IMG/VR virus record: IMGVR_UViG_3300022178_000673
Span: 1-30,912 of that record
DNA length: 30,912 nt
Direction: 5' to 3' (one strand)
Origin: a virus
Lineage: Duplodnaviria; Caudoviricetes
This document shows, one piece after another, positions 15,525 to 25,031 of this stretch; position 1 is the first letter of the stretch; each line of letters starts with the position of its first letter. A program made the position numbers and the translations under genes. The notes under the pieces are model-generated. The model saw nothing but the letters and a program-made list of their open reading frames with translations. It searched no databases and was not told the DNA's origin.

Positions 15525-15533
15525 GAAATCGTT

Positions 15534-18365
15534 ATGGATACAAAAGCATTTCTAGATAGCACGTTGGGGAACGGTGGCTACTATTGTTTGTTTGCGAATA
15601 ACCTGAACACTGGGCACAAGCCACAGATGTTCTTCGAGTCTACTGGGGATCTGCTTGACGCGGCGACCGAGCTAGACGCAAAAGGGTACGATGCGTACTT
15701 TGCGCTATGTACATTTACAGATAATAACTCCCGAAAAGCGATCAACGGGAAGCACCTAAAGGCTTTCTTTCTCGACATAGATTGCGGGGAAGATAAGGAC
15801 TACAGCACGCAAGCTGAAGCTGTACAAGAATTAGCCAAGTTTTGTAAGACTGTGAAGCTACCACGCCCACTACTAGTAAACTCAGGTAGGGGAATCCACG
15901 TGTACTGGAGGCTTACTGAGACCGTATGCCCCGACGACTGGAAACCGGTAGCTACACGACTGAAGAAGTTGTGCCAAGAGCATGACTTCCACTGCGACAA
16001 TCAGGTCACCGCCGATTCCGCTAGGGTACTACGAATACCCCACACTCATAACCATAAGACTACACCTCCGTCTGAAGTTGCGTATTTTGGCTCCATCCCT
16101 TCGACGGTAAACTTTGACACGTTCTCAAATATAATCGGTATAGACCAGATACCAGTCCCCACGAGAAGGTCTGCGGGGGCGAACTCGGTCATGGCGGCAC
16201 TCACGCCGAACTATAAAAGTTACTTCAAGGACATCCTCACCAAGAGTAAAGAAGGTAGAGGCTGTGAGCAGTTGATGCAAGTACTACGTGACCCCAACAG
16301 TGTCAGTGAACCTACGTGGTTCGATGCTGTGTCTATCGTTAAGCATTGTGAAGACGGTGGTAGGGCAGGAGTACATAAAATATCTAGGGGCTACGACGGA
16401 TACGACCCCGAAGAAACTGATAGTAAATATGATACTACTAAACACGTACACCTATGTAGTAGTTTCGACGCTAGTAATCCCGGCATATGCCAAGACTGCC
16501 CGAACTGGGGGAAGATAAAGTCTCCCATCACACTAGGTAACCGCGTAGAACAGGCGACTGCCGAAGATAATGTGGTAGAGGTTGTGGTAGAAGCTCCGGC
16601 ACTAAACCTACCTAATACTCCAACCAACACATATACCATACCTGAGTACCCGAAGCCTTACTTCAGGGGTAAGTACGGCGGGATCTATACTAGAACTACT
16701 GACCCCGATGGAGAGATAGAAGAGAAGTTACTCTACCACAACGACTTATATGTAGTGCGAAGACTACGGGACGTTGAGATAGGGGAAGCTATAGTTATGC
16801 GATTGCACCTACCTAAAGATGGGGTGCGTGAATTTACAGTGCCATTAACCGCTGTTACATCTAGAGATGAGTTCCGTAAACAGATGTCTATGCAGGGTGT
16901 GGCCGTCACTAAAATGGATGAACTAATGCAATATACTACAACATGGGTAAACGAGTTACAGGCTACTGAAGTAGCAGATGAGGCGCATCGTCAGTTCGGT
17001 TGGTCGGACGACAAGCGCTCTTCTTTTATTATAGGTAACCAAGAAGTAACACCACAAGGTGTAGGGTTTAACCCTCCATCCTCCGCCACTGCAAGTATGT
17101 TTCACATATTCGAGCCTAAGGGCACGCTAGAGCAGTGGAAGAAGAACGCTGATTTCTATAACCGCGACGGGTTCGAGATGCACCAGTACATCGTAGGCAC
17201 TGCATTTGGTTCTGTGCTTATGGACTCTTCTCCGATTAGCTGCGCAGGATTTCACGTACACAGTAAGGCCAGTGGTATTGGTAAGACTACCGCTATGTAC
17301 ATGGCCGCGTCTGTGTGGGGTAACCCCAAAGAGTACGTACTCGAAGAACGTGACACACAGGCGTCGCATATGAACCGTGGTGAGATATACCACAACTTAC
17401 CTCTCTACATTGACGAGCTTACTAATGCAGAGGGTAAAGAGCTATCTAACTTAGCCTATCAGTTGTCTGGCGGTAAACAACGTAATCGTATGTCTGGTAG
17501 CAGTAACAACGAACGCCTTAGAGGTAAATCGTGGAGCCTGCTAGCTGTTAGCACAGGTAACACTAGTTTTGTAGAGCGTGTAAGTATGTTTAAGGACATG
17601 CCGAAGGCGGAAGCTCAACGTATCATGGAGACCCGCGCTGTAAGGAAATTCTTTACCACCGAAGAGAAAGAGACCACAGATGAGTTCGCTAGTAGCGTCA
17701 ACGAGGTGTACGGTGTAGCAGGCGTGCCTTACGTACAGCATTTGATGGCTAACGGTACTGAAGCGGACGCATTGCGCGAGAAGGTACAGAAGAATATTGA
17801 CCGCGAAGCAGGGCTTACCGCAGAAAACCGATATTGGTCGGCAGGTGCTGCATCGACTATCGCAGGTTGTATCATAGCAAAACGTATTGGGCTAATTGAT
17901 TACGACATACCGAAGTTGACCCAGTATGTTATTGGGCTATTAAAGGAGAACTTACTGGCGGTACAAGGTATGGACTGCTCCGCTTCTGATACATTGAACG
18001 ACTACATCCACGAGAACTGGGGTAGCATTCTGAAGATTAAGAGCACTGACGACCTACGTAAAGGTAATGGCAACGGACTTGACACATTAATCATCCCAGA
18101 GCTAGACCCCAAAATACGTTTGATCGGTAGATACGAGACGGATATTAAACGGGCATACCTAATACCGAAAGCCCTGAAGGTGTGGTGTGGTAAGCAGCAG
18201 ATAAATTACAGCTCGTTCGTACAGGATCTAAAGGATAACTTCAACGCCAAGTCTGTTAAAATGCGTTTGACCAAAGGCACCAGTACTCAGCTACCCCCTT
18301 CTACGGTACTTGCAGTGGACTGTGCTGTTGGGGAGGCGGAGAGTGACAACTCGAAAGCTGAATGA
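15534..18365 (+). CDS. Primase-helicase (RepB-type primase N-terminus, Cys cluster, DUF927-type P-loop helicase)
   Basis: FFLDID, VNSGRGIHVYW, DSARVLRIP; HLC...C..C; QFGW; Walker A SGIGKTT; Walker B LYIDE; STGN. Confidence 0.92.
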   Translation: MDTKAFLDSTLGNGGYYCLFANNLNTGHKPQMFFESTGDLLDAATELDAKGYDAYFALCTFTDNNSRKAINGKHLKAFFLDIDCGEDKDYSTQAEAVQELAKFCKTVKLPRPLLVNSGRGIHVYWRLTETVCPDDWKPVATRLKKLCQEHDFHCDNQVTADSARVLRIPHTHNHKTTPPSEVAYFGSIPSTVNFDTFSNIIGIDQIPVPTRRSAGANSVMAALTPNYKSYFKDILTKSKEGRGCEQLMQVLRDPNSVSEPTWFDAVSIVKHCEDGGRAGVHKISRGYDGYDPEETDSKYDTTKHVHLCSSFDASNPGICQDCPNWGKIKSPITLGNRVEQATAEDNVVEVVVEAPALNLPNTPTNTYTIPEYPKPYFRGKYGGIYTRTTDPDGEIEEKLLYHNDLYVVRRLRDVEIGEAIVMRLHLPKDGVREFTVPLTAVTSRDEFRKQMSMQGVAVTKMDELMQYTTTWVNELQATEVADEAHRQFGWSDDKRSSFIIGNQEVTPQGVGFNPPSSATASMFHIFEPKGTLEQWKKNADFYNRDGFEMHQYIVGTAFGSVLMDSSPISCAGFHVHSKASGIGKTTAMYMAASVWGNPKEYVLEERDTQASHMNRGEIYHNLPLYIDELTNAEGKELSNLAYQLSGGKQRNRMSGSSNNERLRGKSWSLLAVSTGNTSFVERVSMFKDMPKAEAQRIMETRAVRKFFTTEEKETTDEFASSVNEVYGVAGVPYVQHLMANGTEADALREKVQKNIDREAGLTAENRYWSAGAASTIAGCIIAKRIGLIDYDIPKLTQYVIGLLKENLLAVQGMDCSASDTLNDYIHENWGSILKIKSTDDLRKGNGNGLDTLIIPELDPKIRLIGRYETDIKRAYLIPKALKVWCGKQQINYSSFVQDLKDNFNAKSVKMRLTKGTSTQLPPSTVLAVDCAVGEAESDNSKAE

Positions 18366-18564
18366 CCTATGCCCCGATGGGGTTAGGGTAGTAGTTGATT
18401 GGGGCAGTATGGTAGTAGGTTCATCCATATTTGTCCCCTGCATCAACACCAAGAAAGCTACACAAGAAATAAAAAATATAATCAAGAAGAAGGACTGGAA
18501 AATAGAGTCCCGAGTATGCATAGAAGACGGCCTGTTAGGCGTTAGAGTATGGCGTACCTGTTAG
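18343..18564 (+). CDS. Small conserved phage protein (M.VG.SIFVP...GVRVWR)
   Basis: GTG start with GGAGG/GGAG RBS; overlaps the primase end. Confidence 0.75.
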   Translation: MTTRKLNDLCPDGVRVVVDWGSMVVGSSIFVPCINTKKATQEIKNIIKKKDWKIESRVCIEDGLLGVRVWRTC

Positions 18565-18575
18565 TTCCCCCTTTT

Positions 18576-18617
18576 ACCCCCCTAACCTGTTTCCGAGACA
18601 GGCGGGGGGTGGTTTTT
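18576..18617. terminator. Hairpin terminator between convergent modules
   Basis: ACCCCCC..CCTGT-loop-ACAGG.GGGGGGT followed by GGTTTTT; lies between the + and - strand gene blocks. Confidence 0.7.
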
Positions 18618-18623
18618 AGGGGT

Positions 18624-21600
18624 TTATTCGTCCTTACCAAACAACACTTCAAATCCCTGTTGGTACTCATCACGACTTCGAGCCGCATCTTGGCGTAGAG
18701 ACTTAGTGATAGTAACACCGTTGTGCATAGTCGCAGTTGTACGGCTAAACTGACTGGCAGATCTTCTAATAGTCTCGCCGTTAATGGCTTGTCTTCTGTG
18801 GCGCTTATTGAACTTCTTTATATCTTTAAGTATTTCTTTAGCTTCCTTTAAATCACCAAAACGCCTAGCTATGTTCAGCTTCTTTAGTAGGTCTTGGCGT
18901 TTGCCCGTAACACCGCTCTCTATACGCTTACTCATACTAGCTTGCTCTTGTGCAAACGTGTACTCAGCGGGGGCGAAGCCCATAGTCTGGAACGCAAGGT
19001 CTTTAAACGACATGTCGTCGTAGATAGGATCACCTCGACGGGTGTATATACCTTCATCCCTAGCGAATCTACCGAAAGTAGACTTGTAACCATTCGACAG
19101 TGCCGCAGGTAAGATACTCTCTATACCTCGCTCCGTTTCTCCCTCTCTCAGATCTTTGACACCACGTATGAACCTATTACCCACACTCAGTGCAGGGCCA
19201 CCAAGGTGGAAACCAATTATTTCTTCCGTAGAAGGATCATTGTTGTATCTGTTTGTCTGTATTACTAGGTCAGTCAGCTTTATACGTGTAGCAAAGTCTA
19301 CGCCGAGGGCGTTTACCGCAAAGCCTTTGTAGAACCCTTCGCCGATGTACTTACGTACGATAGTGTCCGCATCATCTTCTTCTTCATCAAGGAACATGTC
19401 GGCAATAGCACGTACCAAACCGTATAGAGGTACGCCCTGTACCCCAGCCATTAGCGCGGAGGATAGATATACACCAGCGATCTGCTTCTTGGCTTGACGT
19501 CTAAGCTCTATGCCTTCAGGAGTGTTATCTCCTATGTTATCCGTAAACAACTTAGCCGACTTGAACATTGTGTAGTACATCTGTAGGCCATAGGTCTTGT
19601 ACATAAACGCAATACGACCAATACCTTGCTGTGCCCACTTCGGAGATGTCTCTAGTACCGCACCACCGTTGGTCTCTTGCACTTGGTATATAGCTTCTTC
19701 CGCTGCTAGGGCAGTTATGTCGGAGTCACTCATAGTAGACAGGTCAACAAACTCAGCTTTCGTAGAGGCGTAGTACTTCTCACCTGCTTTCTTCTTAGCT
19801 CTTAGCTGTTTCAGTGAGAGGGCGTAAGTGGCTACCATAGCAGTCTGGCGGTTAAATCTTTCTGCCTGAGCAAAACCAAAGTGAGCGCCCATGTTGGATA
19901 CTACGTCCAATGCCGAACCCATTATACCCCCACGCGCCGCTCTACCCTGCTCATGTACTGCAAGTGCGTCCGGTAAGAATGCCTTGGTTAGCTGGCCCTG
20001 CTCCGCAGCAGCTTTGACGAGGACTCCTAAGTTCATGTCCTTTATCATCTTCTTCTGCCCATCGCTTAGGCTGTCCTTGGCGGTGTAGTTTCCATTAGCA
20101 TCTAAGTCAAAGAGGTCGTCAATACCTGTACCGCCGCCGTAGTCACTAGTGCTCCCTACAATCTGAGACGCATTTGTGATCGCTTTGGTACTAGCCCCAA
20201 GTCCATGCCGAGAGGATAGATATGGTAGAACCACCAACGGTATCTGCGACAAGTTTACTAGCGCCGAGGATACGTTAAAGCCAATGGTGTATATAAAGGC
20301 AACTTGGTTAGCGTTCTTAACGAACTTCTCCATACCTTTCTTCTTTGCGCCGTTGATAGCAAAGTTTGCAACTCCATCCATGTGGGCTTGTAAGTCTGCG
20401 AAGACCTTTTCGTCTACATCTTTGGGACGCTCTACGTTGTTTATTTCAGAGCGGATTCCAGATATACGTCCGCCGTATTCTATCTGCACTACCTGTCGGG
20501 CTAAGTCAAAACCTTTGGTACGTATAGCAGTCTTGGAATTACCCTCAAACCCTAACACCCCCGTACGTTTCCTCAGTGACTGAGCAAAAGAAGTTTCAGG
20601 TAAGTGATCCATATACATAGTCATAAACGCATCTTGGAGTTCTTCGCTTGCGTTACCTTCTTTCAGTAGCTTGAGGGTCTTGCCGGCGAAGGTAGCTGGT
20701 GGGGCGTTGTCATACATAGTAGCCTTACCAAGGTCACGCTTAGCTTCTATCGAGTCAGTAACTACCTTAGAGTCCTTCTCTAGCTCTGCCTTTACTCGTT
20801 CCATTTCTCGCTTAGTAGTGAAACGTCTGACGACATACGCCTGCTCTGGATTCTTTGGGTTATCAAAAGCATAGCTAAGTACGAAGTCACCTTCACGAGT
20901 AAGTGGGAAGTACACATCTAGAGTGGTGTTAGAGAACATCTGCTCAAGCACCTGCTGCTTCAACGTGTTGGCAGCTTCCTTAGACATACTCTCGTCGGAT
21001 ACAGCGTTATCAAGACGGTTGAATATAGAATCTTTTAGTTTTAAGAATTGGTTCTTGTACGCGTCACGTAACTCAACGTACATATCCTGTCCTTCTTTTC
21101 CTAACTTCTTCCACTCAACTTGCTGCTCCTTCCACGTAGCAAGGTCATCCGAGTTTTTGTACCTCTTCGTTGCCTCCGCTTCTGTTAGCGTAGGGTCTAA
21201 CTGAGTAATGGTAGCGCCGATCACGGGGTCGTATATTACCTTGTCCAACTGAGGTTGGTTCTTCTCATCTGCGGCAGCGAACTTGGATAGTTTCTCTGTG
21301 ACAGCACGCATATCTGCGTCAGCTTTATCCATAGCGCCCCGGCGGAGGTTAAGCATCTTGTGTAGACGGATTCCTAGATCTCCGAACCCTTGCTTACGGG
21401 CAACATCACCTACGCCCTGTGAACCTACTACGTTAAGTATGAACTTCTTTGCGTTGGCAGGGACATCTCCCAAAAGGTCAACGGCGTTGTCTATGAACGA
21501 CTCCTTACTACCAGTAAGGTTTTTAAACTTCTTCTGTATGTCGCCTAGGTCTTCCATAATTTTAGCGGCAGACTCGGCCGTACCGTTTATTGGGCCAAAC

Positions 21601-24600
21601 TCTCCGGCGAACAAGGCTCGTTGCCCTACATCAGAGGGTATAAGCATGTTGTAAATAACAGCGTCTACTTTGTCTAACATTGTGGGGGACGGGTCTAGTC
21701 CCATGAACCGGCGTACCATATCGGTAATAGTGTGTACAAACTGGTTCCAGTAACTAAGTACTCTCTTACCTTCAAACCCCGCTATCTTCGCACGCATAGA
21801 TCGGTCGAACTTGCCATCCACCTGTATGCTATCTAGGATATGTTGGAACTCTGGATTACCAAATGCTTCCGCCACAAACTCGCCGACATTCGTCATGCCG
21901 TAGTACGTTTTTAGGGGAATCCCTCGACCTTCCATCTCCGCCTTCACTGCCTCATACATTTTTATTAGTCGCTTGGCGTTGGGAGTAGTGCCCCTTGGCT
22001 TACCATCTTTTATATTTAGTTCAAATATAGTAGCAGCGTGAGTTACCTCGTGGAGTAAGGTATCGACAGTCAGCCCTCCCTCCGCCTGCAAATATATAGC
22101 GTCTTCCGCTGCAACGTATAGCCCTAACGTCTTCCTAGTTTGTTCTGGGAATGCTTGTACTAACGCATCCGCCGGTAACGTGAAGACTTTAGTAGGGCCG
22201 AGATTATCGGCTAACGCTTTGGCGATGTTCTTAACTCGTGGGCTTGTAGCCTCTGAAGCAAGAGTCTCTAATGCACCTTTCACGTCTCCGGCTATCAACT
22301 TACTCTGCACAGCAGCAGACAACGGGGTTTCCAGCGCACGTCTATCTTTAGTATCTAGTTTAGGTACTTGGAGTATTGATCCGCCCTTAGCTACAAAATC
22401 TTCTACCTGAGCACGTATCTCCTCAGCCTCTTGCTTCTTACTTTTAACTGTAGGATTTACTTCTACCGGCTTAGTTGCGGCTTCTTTACGGATAATCTCT
22501 TTTATCTGCTCAACAGTCAGCGGCTCGGCTTCTTCAACCTTGCCCTTCTTAGTAGCTGTGTCAGCTTTCTTAGCGTCTTTTACAGTCTTGGTTTCCGCCT
22601 GTTTTTTGGCTCTCTGAGCAGCAGCTTCTCTACGCTTCTTACGTGCAACGCGTTGGGCGGCGAGGTTCTTGCCTCCTTCTAGCTCCATCTTCGCCTGCTT
22701 TTTCTTTTGCTTCTCGTTAGCTTCGGCTAGCTCGGCAGCAGCTACTTCTTCACGTAGTTTCTTCTTTGTGTTCTCCACAGCCTTAGCGTCTTCCGCTTTG
22801 TCCGTTTCGATTTGTTTGTCCATAGCCGCGTTGGTTTCGGCAGGCAAATTATTTTTAGCCCACTCTACTACAGCCTTAGCGCTCTTACCGCCTGTACCTC
22901 TACGTTTGACTTCAACTGGGTCTACAGCGCCTTTCACATTCCTAACCGCTGGCATGTCGTTAGCCACTTCAAAAGCGGCAGCACGTAGGGCGCTCTCTGG
23001 GTTAGCATAGGCGTTGAAGTACTTAGCTATAACCCTGTCGGTGTTGAACTTATCTTTCGCGTCTTCGTAGCGTGGCACTGACTCTGCCGGACGCCTCTTG
23101 CGGAACTCTTTGTCTTTGCCCTTTTCATCGACGTACTGGGCCACATCAGATACTGGAGCCAAAGCAGTGCGGTCTGTATCCGCAAGTTTAATTGGAGTAT
23201 CAACAACTAACTTACCAGTCTCAGGGTCAACAGTGCTCATACCCGGGATTGGCTTTGTGGGGGTTGTTGTGGCAACAGGTTGTGGCGCTACTTTAGTTTT
23301 GGGCGCAGGTTGTACCTTTTTGGTCGCGGGTCGTACCTTTTTGGGCGCAGGTTGTACCTTTTGCTTGGGTACCTCAATACCCTTATCGGCTAATGCTTTT
23401 TGTGCGGCAGCGGGTAACTCAGGTAGTTCTTGGCGTTTAAATTCAGGGGTGGTCTTGAGTCCTTGCTTTTTAACTCCAGTCTTGGACTGCACTCCCGGCA
23501 GGGGTTCCTGCTGCCCACGTTCTTTCGGCTTGCGTTCTTTAACCTGAGATTCTAGTAAGTCTAGTGCTGCTCTGTTTTCGGTTGCGATAGCGGCATCTCT
23601 AGCCTCTGCTTCGGCAACATCTAGTGTGCCCTCAAACAGTACAGCGTATTCCTGCTCCACGGTACGTTTTTCTTCTGCACCTAATTTTTGGTTATCTTCG
23701 TCTGCTTTGATTAGGGCTTCAATCTCAGCCGTATCTTCCATGTCCTGTATCTGTGCTTCTTCCGCACGGTCAACCATGTCGGGCTGTTCTTTTATCTGGT
23801 CGTCATCTTCTAGACGCGCTAGTCTTTCTTGCTCCGCGTCTTCCATAGCCATAGTGTCGGCTAATTCTTCGTCGGTAACTTCTTTGGGTGTTCGGTCTGT
23901 ATCTGGGAATAGGTCTCCCGCTTCCTGCTGTTCTCTACCCCGCTCGGCTTCAACTTGTTTACGGTTTCTCTGGTCAGTAGGGAAGCGTACATCTTCACTG
24001 GGCATATCACCCGTGGTAGCTTCGTCCTCTATTTCTTGTTGGCGTCGAGCCTCGTCCGCGTCTCTTCTAGCCTGTTCTATTTCGGCAGGAGTACCTGCGG
24101 TTCCCTCTTCGTCCACAACAATGGTAGGGTCTGGTGCGGGTAGGAGTCCGGCTATTACGACTTCAGCTTCTTCGGCGTTTTTAGCTCCACGTGCTCTACT
24201 ACCGCCCGGCAACATCAAGTCAAGGGTAGCACCGACAAGGCCGCCGATTGTAGCTTCTTCACCCACACCCCCAAAGGTTTCGGCAAGGGCGTTGTACTGC
24301 TGTTCGTTGAGGTTTTGTAGGACACCCGATGTGGCTTCCTGAGCAGCCTCGAACCCACCGGAGATAAAGGCGCTATGCGCTCTCTGCCCTATAGTCTCTA
24401 CAACTTCAGGGCCAATGTTGTTTGCTAGTTTGGTTATGACGGGGACGTCAATAGCTTTGATGAATCTACCCAGAGGTAATATGTCTAGGAACCCGATGGG
24501 AGCACCACGTAGAGTAGCGGCAGATCTTTCTTTTTCGGTAGCACCTGCGGCACGAGCACGTTCACTAGCTTCACCAGCAGCGGCGCCTACACCGAGTGCT

Positions 24601-25019
24601 CCAGCAACACCTGTGGCGGCGAGAGTGGGGGCACCCCCAAATACAGCGGCGGCGGCGGGAACAGCTATGCCCGCTACGGAACCTAAACCTTGCCCGAACT
24701 TATAAAAGAGCGAGTCCTTGTCTCCGCCTTCAGGAGTAATTATATCAAAGGTATCTTGAATAGCTTTCCTAGCTTTTGTCTCCGCCTCATCTTCTAGGAG
24801 CGCCGCAGCGCCGAGCGAAGCCATCTCACCAACGTTTACCGCACCTGCGCCGAATCCAGTGAGTAGGTTCTCAATTACTCCTGACTCTTCCTCTTCTTCT
24901 ACCGGCGCGGCAGAACCTTCTCGCTCTTTGATTGCGAAAGCTAGGGTAGTAGCAGTATCTTCGTCCCCATTTTCTAACGCTACTTCAAACCGACGGTATA
25001 ACTCATCAAGTACGCTCAT
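18624..25019 (-). CDS. Giant internal virion/ejection protein of large-polyvalent-protein type with a zincin-like metallopeptidase domain
   Basis: 2131 aa. Gly/Ala hydrophobic N-terminal segment, long acidic then Lys/Ala-rich linker, LLHEVTH...EFVAEAF.NP.FQ zincin motif, YFPLTREG motif, helical C-terminus (SSALVNLSQ, AERFNR). AGGT RBS. Confidence 0.85.
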   Translation of the reverse strand: MSVLDELYRRFEVALENGDEDTATTLAFAIKEREGSAAPVEEEEESGVIENLLTGFGAGAVNVGEMASLGAAALLEDEAETKARKAIQDTFDIITPEGGDKDSLFYKFGQGLGSVAGIAVPAAAAVFGGAPTLAATGVAGALGVGAAAGEASERARAAGATEKERSAATLRGAPIGFLDILPLGRFIKAIDVPVITKLANNIGPEVVETIGQRAHSAFISGGFEAAQEATSGVLQNLNEQQYNALAETFGGVGEEATIGGLVGATLDLMLPGGSRARGAKNAEEAEVVIAGLLPAPDPTIVVDEEGTAGTPAEIEQARRDADEARRQQEIEDEATTGDMPSEDVRFPTDQRNRKQVEAERGREQQEAGDLFPDTDRTPKEVTDEELADTMAMEDAEQERLARLEDDDQIKEQPDMVDRAEEAQIQDMEDTAEIEALIKADEDNQKLGAEEKRTVEQEYAVLFEGTLDVAEAEARDAAIATENRAALDLLESQVKERKPKERGQQEPLPGVQSKTGVKKQGLKTTPEFKRQELPELPAAAQKALADKGIEVPKQKVQPAPKKVRPATKKVQPAPKTKVAPQPVATTTPTKPIPGMSTVDPETGKLVVDTPIKLADTDRTALAPVSDVAQYVDEKGKDKEFRKRRPAESVPRYEDAKDKFNTDRVIAKYFNAYANPESALRAAAFEVANDMPAVRNVKGAVDPVEVKRRGTGGKSAKAVVEWAKNNLPAETNAAMDKQIETDKAEDAKAVENTKKKLREEVAAAELAEANEKQKKKQAKMELEGGKNLAAQRVARKKRREAAAQRAKKQAETKTVKDAKKADTATKKGKVEEAEPLTVEQIKEIIRKEAATKPVEVNPTVKSKKQEAEEIRAQVEDFVAKGGSILQVPKLDTKDRRALETPLSAAVQSKLIAGDVKGALETLASEATSPRVKNIAKALADNLGPTKVFTLPADALVQAFPEQTRKTLGLYVAAEDAIYLQAEGGLTVDTLLHEVTHAATIFELNIKDGKPRGTTPNAKRLIKMYEAVKAEMEGRGIPLKTYYGMTNVGEFVAEAFGNPEFQHILDSIQVDGKFDRSMRAKIAGFEGKRVLSYWNQFVHTITDMVRRFMGLDPSPTMLDKVDAVIYNMLIPSDVGQRALFAGEFGPINGTAESAAKIMEDLGDIQKKFKNLTGSKESFIDNAVDLLGDVPANAKKFILNVVGSQGVGDVARKQGFGDLGIRLHKMLNLRRGAMDKADADMRAVTEKLSKFAAADEKNQPQLDKVIYDPVIGATITQLDPTLTEAEATKRYKNSDDLATWKEQQVEWKKLGKEGQDMYVELRDAYKNQFLKLKDSIFNRLDNAVSDESMSKEAANTLKQQVLEQMFSNTTLDVYFPLTREGDFVLSYAFDNPKNPEQAYVVRRFTTKREMERVKAELEKDSKVVTDSIEAKRDLGKATMYDNAPPATFAGKTLKLLKEGNASEELQDAFMTMYMDHLPETSFAQSLRKRTGVLGFEGNSKTAIRTKGFDLARQVVQIEYGGRISGIRSEINNVERPKDVDEKVFADLQAHMDGVANFAINGAKKKGMEKFVKNANQVAFIYTIGFNVSSALVNLSQIPLVVLPYLSSRHGLGASTKAITNASQIVGSTSDYGGGTGIDDLFDLDANGNYTAKDSLSDGQKKMIKDMNLGVLVKAAAEQGQLTKAFLPDALAVHEQGRAARGGIMGSALDVVSNMGAHFGFAQAERFNRQTAMVATYALSLKQLRAKKKAGEKYYASTKAEFVDLSTMSDSDITALAAEEAIYQVQETNGGAVLETSPKWAQQGIGRIAFMYKTYGLQMYYTMFKSAKLFTDNIGDNTPEGIELRRQAKKQIAGVYLSSALMAGVQGVPLYGLVRAIADMFLDEEEDDADTIVRKYIGEGFYKGFAVNALGVDFATRIKLTDLVIQTNRYNNDPSTEEIIGFHLGGPALSVGNRFIRGVKDLREGETERGIESILPAALSNGYKSTFGRFARDEGIYTRRGDPIYDDMSFKDLAFQTMGFAPAEYTFAQEQASMSKRIESGVTGKRQDLLKKLNIARRFGDLKEAKEILKDIKKFNKRHRRQAINGETIRRSASQFSRTTATMHNGVTITKSLRQDAARSRDEYQQGFEVLFGKDE

Positions 25020-25031
25020 GGACTACCTTTA

